Source: Polyangiales bacterium
GTDB lineage: Bacteria; Myxococcota_A; Polyangia; Polyangiales; JADJQN01
Reading direction: 5' to 3'
NCBI GenBank assembly: GCA_964202905.1
Contig: CAXNJO010000002.1
Location: 224,001-288,000, forward strand
Length of the DNA stretch: 64,000 nucleotides
The position numbers were made by a program, and so were the translations under genes. Positions 10,135 to 21,961 of the stretch are shown one piece after another. The first letter of the stretch is position 1; each line of letters starts with the position of its first letter. Under the pieces are notes generated by a model. That model worked only from the letters and a program-made list of their open reading frames with translations, made no database searches and was not told the DNA's origin.

Positions 10135-11710
10135 ATGTCGACCTCGCCCCGCTCCGTGCCCCCCGCGTCCGATCCGATCGCGCGCCTCGACACGCTCAAC
10201 GGCCTCGCGCTCGCCGCAGGCGGCAAGGCGCGCGTCGACAAGCACCACGAGGCCGGCAAGCTCACGGCCCGCGAGCGCATCGACCTGCTGCTCGATCCGG
10301 GCAGCTTCGTCGAGCTCGACCGTCTCGTCGTGCACCGCTGCACGGACTTCGGCATGGAGCAGCAGAAGATCCCGGGCGACGGCGTGGTCACCGGCTACGG
10401 CACGGTGGAGGGCCGCCAGATCTTCGTGTTCGCGCAGGACTTCACCGTCTTCGGCGGCAGCCTCTCGTACGCCTACGCGCGCAAGGTCGTGAAGGTCATG
10501 GACCTCGCGATGAAGACGGGCGCGCCCATCGTCGGTCTCAACGACTCGGGCGGCGCGCGCATCCAGGAGGGCGTCGAGTCGCTCGCGGGGTACGGCGAGG
10601 TCTTCCTGCGCAACACGCTCGCCTCGGGCGTCGTCCCGCAGATCAGCGCGATCATGGGGCCCTGCGCGGGCGGCGCGGTCTACTCGCCCGCGATCACGGA
10701 CTTCGTGTTCATGGTCGAGGGCACGTCGTACATGTTCATCACAGGCCCCGACGTCATCAAGACGGTGACGCACGAGGACGTGACCAAGGAGCAGCTCGGC
10801 GGCGCGAGCGCGCACGCGGTCAAGAGCGGCTGCGCGCACTTCGCCGCGAGCGACGACGCGCAGTGCGTCGCGATGATCCGCGAGCTGCTCTCGTTTCTGC
10901 CCGCGAACAACCACGAGGACCCGCCGCGCCGCGAGACGACCGACCCGAGCCACCGCGAGGACGCCGAGCTCGACACGCTCGTGCCCGTGGACTCCATGAA
11001 GGGTTACGACGTCAAAGCCCTGCTCGGCCGCGTCGTGGACGACGGCGACTTCTTCGAGGTGATGCCCGCGCACGCGATGAACATGGTCGTCGGCTTCGCG
11101 CGGATGGGCGGCCGCCCCGTCGGGATCGTCGCGAACCAGCCGATGGTGCTCGCGGGCTGCCTCGACATCCAGGCCTCGACGAAGGCCGCGCGCTTCGTGC
11201 GTTTCTGCGACTGCTTCAACATCCCGATCGTCTCGTTCGTCGATGTGCCGGGCTTCCTGCCCGGCGTCGACCAGGAGCTCGGCGGCATCATCAAGCACGG
11301 CGCGAAGCTGCTCTACGCGTACTGCGAAGCGACGGTCCCGAAGATCACGATCATCACGCGCAAGTCGTACGGCGGCGCCTACGTCGTGATGTCGAGCAAG
11401 CACCTGCGCGGCGACGTGAACCTCGCTTGGCCGACGGCGGAGATCGCGGTGATGGGCCCGGACGGCGCCGTGAACATCGTCTACCGCAAGGAGATCGACG
11501 CCGCCGAAGACAAGCTCGCGGCGCGCGCCGCGTTCATCGACGAGTACCGCCGCAAATTCGCGAACCCCTTCAAGGCCGCGGAGCTCGGCTTCGTCGACGA
11601 GGTGATCTACCCGCGGCAGACGCGCGCGCGGATCATCCGCTCGCTCGAGATGCTGCGCGACAAGCGCGACCACGAACCCGCCGAAGAAGCACGGCAACGT
11701 GCCGCTCTGA
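10135..11710 (+). CDS. pccB: Acyl-CoA (propionyl-CoA) carboxylase carboxyltransferase beta subunit; 1-nt frameshift near C-terminus
   Basis: [57 protein letters not shown]. The canonical tail [12 protein letters not shown] (TGA ending 11710) is restored by removing one C at ~11671. Confidence 0.93.
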
Positions 11711-11719
11711 TCGCGGCGT

Positions 11720-12304
11720 TCACGACGGCGGCGGGATCACCCCGAGCAGCGAGAGCGCGCGGCCCACGAGGCTGAGCCGCAGGTCGGGCGGGTCGCTCGG
11801 CCCGCCGAGAAAGCCCGCGAAACGCGCGAGCCACACGCCGAGGAGCAGCGACGCGAACAGCGCGAGGCCCCACTGCGGCACGGGCACCTTCCACGCGTCG
11901 GGGCGCAAGAAGCCCGCGCCGATCAGCATCGCGCGGCCGATCGTGAACACCAGGATCGGCGCCAGCAGGAACACGAGCGGGTGCCAGTGCAGCGCGCCCG
12001 CGAGGTCGCCCGAGGCGAGCGCCATCACGGCGCGCGTCAGGCCGCACCCGGGACACGGCACGCCCGTCGTCACGCGCAGCGGGCACGTCGCGAGGCCCAT
12101 CCAGAGCGCGGCGGCGAGCATCAGGAGCGGCGCCGAGACCGCCCCGAGGCGGCGCAGTTTCGTGAGCGGCGGCGCCGTCATCGCGTCGCCCTCGGACGCG
12201 GCGCGGGACGCCGGGGGCACGCCGGGCGAGGACGAGCCCGCGGACGGAACGACGACGCCCGGGTCGTGCGACGAGGCACGGGTCCCGGGCGGCGAAGTCG
12301 TCAT
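11720..12304 (-). CDS. DUF2752-like membrane protein
   Basis: [19 protein letters not shown]...A..WHPL motif with flanking hydrophobic helices. Confidence 0.85.
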   Translation of the reverse strand: MTTSPPGTRASSHDPGVVVPSAGSSSPGVPPASRAASEGDAMTAPPLTKLRRLGAVSAPLLMLAAALWMGLATCPLRVTTGVPCPGCGLTRAVMALASGDLAGALHWHPLVFLLAPILVFTIGRAMLIGAGFLRPDAWKVPVPQWGLALFASLLLGVWLARFAGFLGGPSDPPDLRLSLVGRALSLLGVIPPPS

Positions 12305-12340
12305 GGGCCGGAGCCTACGACGCGTGCGTGGAGAGGTCGA

Positions 12341-12709
12341 TCAGAACGTCGCCGGGGCGCCGCCGCCACCCTCCCACACCTTGTTCAGCTCCTCTTGCAG
12401 GATCTTGTAGCCGAACCCGCAGAGCACGAGGTTCATGATGAGCGCGTTCACGCCCTTGTCCGACGCGCCCGGGACGCCCGCGCGCTGCTGGGCCTCGAAG
12501 ATGAGCTTGCCGTACTTGATCGGCAGGTAGTACGCGTAGGGGAAACACACGAACGTGATGACGATGTCCATCACGGGGTTGAGGTCCTCCTTGCCGAGGT
12601 ACGCCTTCAACTCGTTGCCGATCGTGTAGATCCAGTACCAGCCGAAGAGGCCGCAGGTCACGAGGGACAGGATCCAGACCGTCATCGGATTGCGAACTTC
12701 GCCCTTCAT
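12341..12709 (-). CDS. DUF4234-like small membrane protein
   Basis: RNPMTVWILSLVTCGLFGWYWIY...ELK...Q.ELN.VW pattern. AAGGAG precedes the ATG. Confidence 0.8.
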   Translation of the reverse strand: MKGEVRNPMTVWILSLVTCGLFGWYWIYTIGNELKAYLGKEDLNPVMDIVITFVCFPYAYYLPIKYGKLIFEAQQRAGVPGASDKGVNALIMNLVLCGFGYKILQEELNKVWEGGGGAPATF

Positions 12710-12915
12710 CGCGTTTCTCCTTGTGGAATGCCCGAAAAACCCAGCGCCCCGACCGGTCCCCGCGGGCACTCCCCGAGGGGATGCCGCGGTGGAATCCCCA
12801 CGCGGCCCGTGCCTGCAACGCTGTTCCGACCGCACGGTCCGTTCGACGGCCCCGGCGGCGACCCCGCTCGAAACTCCCCGGCCCGCGCAGCAGCGCACGG
12901 GCCGGAAAGACGGGC

Positions 12916-12945
12916 AGGATAGCGACGCGTTTTCCCCGGTGTCAA
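12916..12945 (-). promoter_or_regulatory. Putative sigma70-type promoter for the DUF4234 gene
   Basis: Minus strand reads TTGACA-N18-TATCCT. Confidence 0.5.
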
Positions 12946-12973
12946 CGCATAAGCCCTATTTGCCGCGGCGGCG

Positions 12974-13003
12974 TTGACCCCGCGACGCGCGGGTCCACAG
13001 AAT
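12974..13003 (+). promoter_or_regulatory. Putative sigma70-type promoter for the phosphoesterase gene, back-to-back with the divergent promoter
   Basis: TTGACC-N18-CAGAAT, then GAGAGG before the ATG at 13026. Confidence 0.4.
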
Positions 13004-13025
13004 ACCCCCGCTCAGAGAGGATCCG

Positions 13026-15587
13026 ATGAACCGTCGCCACATCCACCCCGCCCTCCGGACGATCCCGACCGCGCTCGCGCGCTGCCTCGCAATCGGCGGC
13101 GCCCTGCTCGCGTCGGCCTGCGGCGACGACGACGCGGCGCCCATCGATGCGGGCCGGGACGCAGCCCCCGACGCCGGCCCCTCGTGCGTCGCGGCGCCCT
13201 CGTCCTTTCCGACGCCGACGCCGGGCCGCTGCACCGTCACCGTGCGAGCGAACGCCGCGCAGACAGCCGGCGACGACGGCGCGGGCGGCGTGATCACGCC
13301 GGGCGGGCGGCGCGTCACGCGCGTCGGCGACGCGGTGCTCACACCCGGATTCCCGATGCGGATCGTGCGCGTGGCGGGGACGCGCTTTGCCATCGTCACG
13401 GATGGTGGCATCCGCGACGAGCACCTCAGCGTCGTCGACCTCGACGCGCGCACCGTCGTCGACGAGGAGGAGTTCTCGTACCGCGCGGGCGAGGCCGTGT
13501 TCCTCGGGCTCGCGGTGTCCCCGGACGGGCGCCGCCTGTGGGCCTCCGGTGGCGGCTCGAACCGCGTGCGCGCCTACGACTTCGACCCGGAGACGGGCGC
13601 GCTCACGGCCGCCGTCGCGCGCGACATCGTGCCCGCGACCGACGTGCAGGACGGCTACGTGTCGGGCCTCGCGCTGCTCCCCGATGGGACGCTCGCGGTG
13701 AACCTGATGCTCGGCGACGCCACCGTCTTCTACGACACCGAGACGCGCGCGGAGCTGCGGCGCACGACCCACGAGAACGGCGCGTTCCCGTACGACGCCG
13801 TCGCGAGCGCGGACGGGGCGACGGTCTTCGTCTCGCTCTGGGGCGCGTCGACCGTCGTGCCGATCGACGTCGCGGGCGGGGCGGCCGGCGCTGCGATCGC
13901 GGTCGGCAAGAACGCGCAGGGGCTCACGCTCTCCGCGGACGGCGCGAAGCTCGCGGTCGCGAGCGCGGACGGCGACAGCGTCGCGGTGATCGACGTCGCG
14001 ACGCGCCTCGTCACGACGACGCTCGCGGTGAGCGGCGACGGCGCGCCGCGCGGCGCGTCCCCCGCGGCCGTCGACTTCGCGGCGGACGGGACGCTCTACG
14101 TGGTGTCAGCGGGCGACAACGCGATCGACGTCTACGCGCCGGCGCCGGAGGGCTACGCCCACGCGGGGCGCATCCCGACGATGTGGTACCCGACGGATGT
14201 GCTCGCGCTCGACGACGGCCGCGTCGTCTTCACGAACGGCAAGCACGTCGGCACCGGGCCGAACGAGACCCCGGGCACGACGGATATCCTCGACCTGCTC
14301 GAGGGCAGCGTGAGCGTCGTCGCGGCCGCCGACCTGAGCCCCGCGCAGCTCGCGGCGTGGGACGACGAGGTCGCGGCGAACAACGCGCGCCCGACGACCT
14401 TCCAGCAGGTCGAGTGCCCGCCGGGCGCGCCCGACGACTTCCCGATCCCGCAGCCGGGCGCCGGCCCCTCGACACAGATCGAGCACGTGATCCTCGTCGT
14501 CCGCGAAAACAAGACCTTCGACGCGTACTTCGGCGATCTGCCGGGCGTGAACGGCGACCCGTCGCTGACGATCCTGCCCGCGGCGCAGATGGACGACGTG
14601 CTGCCGAACACGCGCACGCTCGCGCGCGCCTTCGCGCACGCGGACAACTACTACTCGGGCGCCGAGCAGTCGATCCAGGGGCATGTGTGGACGACGCTCG
14701 GCCGCACGACCGACTTCGTCGAGCGCACGTGGCTGACGACGTGGGGCCGCGGCTTCTGGTCGCCGCCGCCGCAGCTGATCATCTCGCCCATCGCGTATCC
14801 CGAAGAGGGGTCGATCTTCGACTGGGCGGCGCGCAACGACGTGAGCGCCCGCAATTACGGGGAGATCGTCGGCGCGCGCGCGCAGCCCGTCACGCCGGGC
14901 TACCCGGGCCTCGTCTACAACGACGACGTGCTCGACCGCACGAAGGCCGCGTACCTCGAGCGGCAGTGGCGCGCGTGCAACCTGCGCAGCTTCACGTACG
15001 TCGTGCTGCCGAACGATCACACCAAGGGCGGCACGCCCGGCGCGCCGACCCCGCGCTCGATGATCGCCGACAACGACGAGGCCGTCGGCATCCTCGCGGA
15101 CGCGCTGAGCCACACGAGCTTCTGGCCGCGCTCGCTGCTCATCTTCATCGAGGACGATCCGCAGGACGGCGGCGATCACGTCGACAACCACCGCGCGCCC
15201 GCCGTCTTCGTCTCGCCGTGGGTCCGGCGCGGGCACGTCTCGCACGTGCACTACAACGAGTCGAGCATCCACCGGACGATCCAGCTGATCGTCGGCGTCG
15301 ACGAGCCGCTCAACGCGTACTGGGAGAACGCCGCGCCGCTCTACGATCTCTTCACGGCGACCCCGGATTTCACGCCCTACGAGCGCATCCCGCGCCGGGT
15401 CCCCGACGAGGTCAACCCCGCGCGCGGCATCGCCGCCGCGATCTCACGACAGTGGGACTTCTCGAAGGTCGACGAGCAGCCCGGCCTCTCGCGCTGGCTC
15501 TGGGAGCACTTCCACCCCGGTGAGCGCGCGCCGTGGCGGGAGGCGCTGCCGGGCCTCGACGGCGACGCCGACGGCGACGGCGACTGA
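13026..15587 (+). CDS. Lipoprotein: YVTN/YncE-type beta-propeller fused to a phosphoesterase (alkaline phosphatase superfamily / phospholipase C-like) domain
   Basis: Lipobox ASAC-GDDD, propeller blades (AVSPDGRRLW, IAVGKNAQGLTLSADG), and C-terminal IEHVILVVRENKTFD, LPNDH, EDDPQDGGDHVD. Confidence 0.85.
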   Translation: MNRRHIHPALRTIPTALARCLAIGGALLASACGDDDAAPIDAGRDAAPDAGPSCVAAPSSFPTPTPGRCTVTVRANAAQTAGDDGAGGVITPGGRRVTRVGDAVLTPGFPMRIVRVAGTRFAIVTDGGIRDEHLSVVDLDARTVVDEEEFSYRAGEAVFLGLAVSPDGRRLWASGGGSNRVRAYDFDPETGALTAAVARDIVPATDVQDGYVSGLALLPDGTLAVNLMLGDATVFYDTETRAELRRTTHENGAFPYDAVASADGATVFVSLWGASTVVPIDVAGGAAGAAIAVGKNAQGLTLSADGAKLAVASADGDSVAVIDVATRLVTTTLAVSGDGAPRGASPAAVDFAADGTLYVVSAGDNAIDVYAPAPEGYAHAGRIPTMWYPTDVLALDDGRVVFTNGKHVGTGPNETPGTTDILDLLEGSVSVVAAADLSPAQLAAWDDEVAANNARPTTFQQVECPPGAPDDFPIPQPGAGPSTQIEHVILVVRENKTFDAYFGDLPGVNGDPSLTILPAAQMDDVLPNTRTLARAFAHADNYYSGAEQSIQGHVWTTLGRTTDFVERTWLTTWGRGFWSPPPQLIISPIAYPEEGSIFDWAARNDVSARNYGEIVGARAQPVTPGYPGLVYNDDVLDRTKAAYLERQWRACNLRSFTYVVLPNDHTKGGTPGAPTPRSMIADNDEAVGILADALSHTSFWPRSLLIFIEDDPQDGGDHVDNHRAPAVFVSPWVRRGHVSHVHYNESSIHRTIQLIVGVDEPLNAYWENAAPLYDLFTATPDFTPYERIPRRVPDEVNPARGIAAAISRQWDFSKVDEQPGLSRWLWEHFHPGERAPWREALPGLDGDADGDGD

Positions 15588-15668
15588 GCGCGTCGCATCA
15601 TGCCTCCTCGCGGCGCGCCCTGACGGAGAGAGCGCGCGCGGCGCACGCACCGCGATACCCTCGCGCGC

Positions 15669-17002
15669 ATGTCGAGCCCCGAGGCACTGGTCGAAGAGAC
15701 GAGCCGCGCGAAGCCCGGTTCGCGCATGCCGAGCCTCTACGTGCAGGTGCTCGTCGGCATCGCGTTCGGCGCGCTGCTCGGCTGGGCGCGCCCCGCGTGG
15801 GCGGTGGAGCTGAAGCCGCTCGGCGACGTGATTCGTGCGGCTGATCAAGATGCTGATCGCGCCGATCATTTTCACGACGGTGGTCGCTAGGCATCGCGGG
15901 GATGGGCAGACTTGAAGAAGGTCGGGCGCGTGGGCGGCAAGGCGCTGCTGTATTTTGAGGTGGTGACCACGGTGGCGCTCGTGCTCGGGCTGCTGCGTCG
16001 TGAACCTCGTCGAAGCCGGGCGCGGGTCTGCACGCGCGGCTCGATCGGCTCGACACGAGCAGCGCTCGACGCGACGCTCGCGGCGCCGCGCCCCCGCGGC
16101 GTCGTCGCGCACCTCACGCACCTCGTGCCGGAGAGCTTCCTCGGCGCGTTCGTCGACGGCGACGTGCTGCAGGTGCTCGTGCTCGCGGTGCTCACGGGCG
16201 CGGCGCTCGCGAGCCTCGGGGCGCGGGCGGCCCCGCTCCGCACGCTGCTCGAGCAGAGCGTCGGGGCTCTTCTTCGCGGTCATCGGCGTCGTCACGCGGC
16301 TGGCGCCGCTCGGCGCGTTCGGCGCGATGGCGTTCACCATCGGGAAGTTCGGCATCGGCACGCTGCGGCAACCTCGCGTGGCTCCTCGCCTCGTTCTACG
16401 CGACGGCGCTGCTCTTCGTGGTGGTCGTGCTCGGGCTCGTGCTCCGCGCCGTGGGCCTCTCGATCGTCGCGCTCGCGCGCTACCTCCGAGAAGAGCTGGC
16501 GATCGTGCTCGGCACCTCGTCGTCGGAGTCCGCGCTGCCGCGGCTGATGGCGCGCCTCGAGCACCTCGGCTGCCGGCCGGAGATCGTGCGCCTCGTCGTG
16601 CCGACGGGCTACTCGTTCAACCTCGACGGCACCTGCATCTACCTCACGATGGCCGCGGTCTTCGTCGCGCAAGCGCTCGACGTCGAGCTCACGCTCGGCG
16701 ACGAGCTTGCGCTGCTCGCGGTGATGCTGCTCACGTCGAAGGGCGCCGCGGGCGTGACGGGGAGCGGCTTCGTCACGCTCGCCGCGACGCTCGCCTCGAC
16801 GGGGACGGTGCCGGTCGCGGGGCTCACGCTGCTGCTCGGCGTCGATCGGTTCATGTCCGAGGCGCGCGCCCTCACCAACCTCATGGGCAACGCGGTGGCC
16901 ACGCTCGTCGTCGCGCGTTGGGAGGGCGCCCTCGACGTCGAGCGAGCGCGCGCCGTGCTCGCGGGCGGCGAGCCCGTCCCGCTGCCGCCCGGCAACGCGT
17001 GA
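15669..17002 (+). pseudogene. dctA: Dicarboxylate/amino acid:cation symporter (DctA-like), broken by multiple single-base indels (pseudogene or sequencing error)
   Basis: Fragments in different frames: [107 protein letters not shown]. Confidence 0.85.
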
Positions 17003-17017
17003 CGGCGCGCCGCGCCC

Positions 17018-17524
17018 TCAGGCCATCGCCTCGATCTCCCACTCGCGCAGGCCCCCGCGCCCGGGCAGCTCGACGACGTCGCCCACGCGGAGCCCGACGA
17101 GCGCGCGCCCGACGGGCGAGGCCGGCGTGACGACGGTGACCTCGACGCCATCGACGTCGAGCGTGACCCCACCGCCCTGCAGGGCGACGAAGAGCACGCG
17201 CGGCGCGCCGTCGACGCGGGCACCGACGAGCGCCCCCGGCGCGATCGCCCCGCCCGATGCGAACCGCGCGACCGGCGTCACCGCGAAGCGCTGCACCTGC
17301 TCGGCGAGATCCTCCACGCGCATCGCCTGACCGCGCGCGAGGTAGCTCTGCTCGGTCGCGCGCATGTCCTTGTCCCCTTCGCTGCGGCTCTCCTCGTGCA
17401 CGGCGCCCTCGCGCGAGGCCTCCGCGGCGCGGGCCATCGCGGCGAGCGCGCGCTCGAGCGCCGTGAGCAGGTGCGCATGCACGGTGGCCTTGTCGGGGAG
17501 CGGAACGGGGGACGGGAGCGGCAC
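17018..17524 (-). CDS. GreA/GreB family elongation factor-like protein
   Basis: N-terminal coiled coil with [12 protein letters not shown] and C-terminal [29 protein letters not shown] precedes GTG at 17524. Confidence 0.8.
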   Translation of the reverse strand: MPLPSPVPLPDKATVHAHLLTALERALAAMARAAEASREGAVHEESRSEGDKDMRATEQSYLARGQAMRVEDLAEQVQRFAVTPVARFASGGAIAPGALVGARVDGAPRVLFVALQGGGVTLDVDGVEVTVVTPASPVGRALVGLRVGDVVELPGRGGLREWEIEAMA

Positions 17525-17564
17525 GGTTCTCCTCCGGGTCGACGCCTTGAACTTCAGCGGAAGC

Positions 17565-19058
<1,494 letters not shown>

Positions 19059-19107
19059 GGGACGCGGGCCGAAGTGCGCGCCGAACGCCCGCGCGAAGGC
19101 GACTCCG

Positions 19108-19833
19108 TCAGCCCAGCGCGACGTCGGCCGCGGAGGCTGCGGTGCGGCGCGGGGCCTCTCCCGGTGACGCGATCAAGAGTCGGTTCTTCGGCGTGATCGC
19201 CTCGGGGATCCGCTGCGTGTGCACCGAGTAGCCCTCCGCGCGCACCCGCGCGACACGCGTCGCGTCGATGGCGAGCGCGGGGTCGAGCCAGCCGCCGAGG
19301 CCGCCGAGGTCCCCGAGGGCCGCGTTCTGGCAGCATGGCAAGACGGCGACGCGCGCGCGGGCGGCGAGCGCGAGGTCGAGCACGGCGTCGGTGAGCGCGC
19401 CGCAGGCGTGCGCGGAGACGACGAGGTCGGTGGGACATAGTCTGACCCTCTCGAGCGAGACCGCCTCGCGGCGCACGCGGCCCACGAGGCGCGGCCATGC
19501 ACGCTCGAGCTCCTCGGCGAGCCGCTCGGCGCTCGGCGGCAGGCGCACGTCGATCGCGAGCGCGTCCGGCGAACCGTCGTCGAGGAGCAGGAGCAGGTAC
19601 GCGAGCAGGCCGTGCCCGCAGGCGAGATCGACGACGCGGCCCCCGCGCATCCGCCTGCGCACGCGGCGGGCGACCTCCCACGACTCGTACAGCTCCTTGC
19701 GCGGGAGGCAGTCGGCGCGGCACACGACGCGCGCGACGCGCTCGAAGAGCGTGTCCCCCGGGAAGCGCGCGACATCGCGCGGCGAGAGGCGCGCCCGGCT
19801 CCGTGGGTCGAACGCGGGCCCGGCGGCGCTCAT
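19108..19833 (-). CDS. SAM-dependent methyltransferase
   Basis: VVDLACGHGLLA (motif I), SAHACGALTD, VAVLPCC, TPKNRLL. Confidence 0.8.
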   Translation of the reverse strand: MSAAGPAFDPRSRARLSPRDVARFPGDTLFERVARVVCRADCLPRKELYESWEVARRVRRRMRGGRVVDLACGHGLLAYLLLLLDDGSPDALAIDVRLPPSAERLAEELERAWPRLVGRVRREAVSLERVRLCPTDLVVSAHACGALTDAVLDLALAARARVAVLPCCQNAALGDLGGLGGWLDPALAIDATRVARVRAEGYSVHTQRIPEAITPKNRLLIASPGEAPRRTAASAADVALG

Positions 19834-19906
19834 CGCCGAGCCGCCCGCGCGACGCGCCGCGCCGGGAGGCGGCCGAGACGCCGCACGCGCGACGCGACCT
19901 GCACCA

Positions 19907-20533
19907 TCAGGCGCCGCACGCCGCGAGGAAGCCGTCCACGCCGGGGTCGTGCGCCTCGAGTTCGGCGCCGTCGAGCACGACGTGCGCGAGCGCGAGGTAG
20001 CGCGCATCGCGGAGACGCAGCAGCTGCGCGAAGCGCGCGGGCAGCGACGTAGCCGGCGTGTCCGCATCCTCCGCTGCGAACGCGCCGCTCCACACGACGG
20101 GCTTCGGGTCCGTGCGATAGCGCTCGAGCATCGCCTCACGCCAGCGCTCGGGCGTGCGGAGGTAGACGACGCGACACGTCTCGCGGATCGCCACGAGCAG
20201 CGGCGTTGAGAGGTAGACGACGCTGCCCGTCGTGTCGAGCACGTGCGGCCCCGCGCCCGCGCGCGCGGCCTCGAGCGCGGCGCGTGTCACGTCCTCCTCG
20301 AGCCCGAGGTAGCGCGCCTCCCGCGCGGCGTAGCCCTCGCTCCACGGCACGCCCATCCACACGCCGAGCGCGTTCACGGGGGCCTCACCCTCCGCGACGG
20401 GCACGAGCGACGACAGGCGCGCGGCGATCGCGCCATCGCAGTCGTGCCGCGTGAAGCCCGCCTCGCGCACGAGGCGCTGCGACCAGTGGCTCTTGCCGAT
20501 CCCCGACATCCCCACGAGACAGAGCGCCTTCAC
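19907..20533 (-). CDS. P-loop kinase (shikimate kinase-like)
   Basis: N-terminal Walker A GMSGIGKS, then HDCD, LDTTGSVVY and VVYL. Confidence 0.75.
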   Translation of the reverse strand: MKALCLVGMSGIGKSHWSQRLVREAGFTRHDCDGAIAARLSSLVPVAEGEAPVNALGVWMGVPWSEGYAAREARYLGLEEDVTRAALEAARAGAGPHVLDTTGSVVYLSTPLLVAIRETCRVVYLRTPERWREAMLERYRTDPKPVVWSGAFAAEDADTPATSLPARFAQLLRLRDARYLALAHVVLDGAELEAHDPGVDGFLAACGA

Positions 20534-20596
20534 GGGGTTCGTGTGTAGTCCGAGCGCCGCGCGGGCACCAGCGCCCGCGTGCACCCTGCCGGGCGC

Positions 20597-21925
20597 TCAC
20601 GGCGCGGGGCGCGGAGGCGGTTCGTCCGATCGCGTCGGGGCGCGAGGGCGCGCCGCCTCCCGCAGCGCGCGGAGCGGCGTGGCCTGCGCGAGGCGCCGGC
20701 CATCCTTGCGACGGAGCAGGCGCTGCGCGCCGTAGAGGCTGCGGTGCCCGACGAGCAGCCACGCGACGACGCAGACGATCGCGACGTGCGGCAGCGTCTG
20801 CGCGCCGAGCAGCTCGACGGCCATGATCGTGAGCGCGAGCGGCGTGTTCGAGGCCGCCGCGAACATCGCCGCCATCCCGACGCCCGCGCCGAGCGCGAGC
20901 GGCAGACCGAGCGCGCGCGCGAGCGCGTTGCCGAGCGTCGCGCCCACGAAGAAGAGCGGCGTGACCTCGCCGCCGAGGAAGCCCGCGCCGAGCGTGAGCG
21001 CCGTGAGCAGGAGCTTCAGCGCGAAGGTCTGCGGTGGGAGGCCAGGGTCCACGAACGCGCGCACGATCGTCGGCACGCCGAGCCCGAGCGCGTCGTCCGC
21101 CCCGAGCAAGCGCCACGCGACGACGAGCGCCACGCCGCCCGCGAACATCCGCACCGGGAGCCGCGGGATGCGGCGCGCGGCCTGCGCCTTCAACGCGTGC
21201 GTCAGCTCGACGAAGAGCGCGGCCACGAGCGCGACCACCGCCGCGAAGACCACCCAGCGGCCGAGCATCGGGGCCGTGAGCGCGGCGTGCGGCACCGGCG
21301 GGAAGTCGGTGTGCGCGACGCCGAGCGCCCGCGTGACGACGTCACCGACGAGCGCGGCCACGAGCGCCGGCACGAGCACGACGACGTCGAGGCGACCGAT
21401 CGTGCCCACCTCGATCGCGAAGACCGCGCCCGCGAGCGGCGTCCCGAACACCGCCCCGAAGCCGCCCCCGAGGCCCGCCGCGAGGAGCGCGTGCCGGAGC
21501 GCCGGCGCCGCACGGACGCGCTGCGCGAGCGTGTCGGCGAGGCTCGCGCCCATCTGCACCGCCGTCCCCTCGCGCCCCGCGCTGCCGCCGAAGAGATGCG
21601 TGAGCAGCGTGCCCACGAGCACGAGCGGCGCCATCCGCGCGGGGATCGGCGCGCCGCCCTCGTGCAGCGTCTCGAGCACCAGGTCGTTCCCACCGCGGAT
21701 CGACGCGCCGTAGCGCTCGTAGAAGACCCCGATCGCCACGCCCGCCAGCGGGATCGCGTAGACGAGCGCGGTGTTCCGCAGGCGCGCGTCCGTCGCGGTG
21801 TCGAGCAGCACGAGGAAGAGCGCCGACGCCACGCCGCAGAGCACCCCGACGGGCACGGCGAGCGCCGCGGCGCGCCCGATCGCCGCGACGCGGGCGCGCA
21901 GACCGGGCACGTGCGGGGCGTTCAT
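20597..21925 (-). CDS. CLC family anion transporter, CLC-F (fluoride/H+ antiporter) subtype
   Basis: GGNDLV (GNNLI-like), GGSAGREGTAVQMG and GGEVTP match the CLC-F clade signatures. Multiple TM helices. Confidence 0.85.
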   Translation of the reverse strand: MNAPHVPGLRARVAAIGRAAALAVPVGVLCGVASALFLVLLDTATDARLRNTALVYAIPLAGVAIGVFYERYGASIRGGNDLVLETLHEGGAPIPARMAPLVLVGTLLTHLFGGSAGREGTAVQMGASLADTLAQRVRAAPALRHALLAAGLGGGFGAVFGTPLAGAVFAIEVGTIGRLDVVVLVPALVAALVGDVVTRALGVAHTDFPPVPHAALTAPMLGRWVVFAAVVALVAALFVELTHALKAQAARRIPRLPVRMFAGGVALVVAWRLLGADDALGLGVPTIVRAFVDPGLPPQTFALKLLLTALTLGAGFLGGEVTPLFFVGATLGNALARALGLPLALGAGVGMAAMFAAASNTPLALTIMAVELLGAQTLPHVAIVCVVAWLLVGHRSLYGAQRLLRRKDGRRLAQATPLRALREAARPRAPTRSDEPPPRPAP

Positions 21926-21961
21926 CGTCGGCGCGCCCCAGGACGGCTCGGCCCGCGACCG

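Noticed and set aside
12780..12830. Possible sigma54 promoter (GGCCCG...TGCA / GGCACG)
   Set aside because: The GG-to-GC spacing is not the required 10 nt on either strand.
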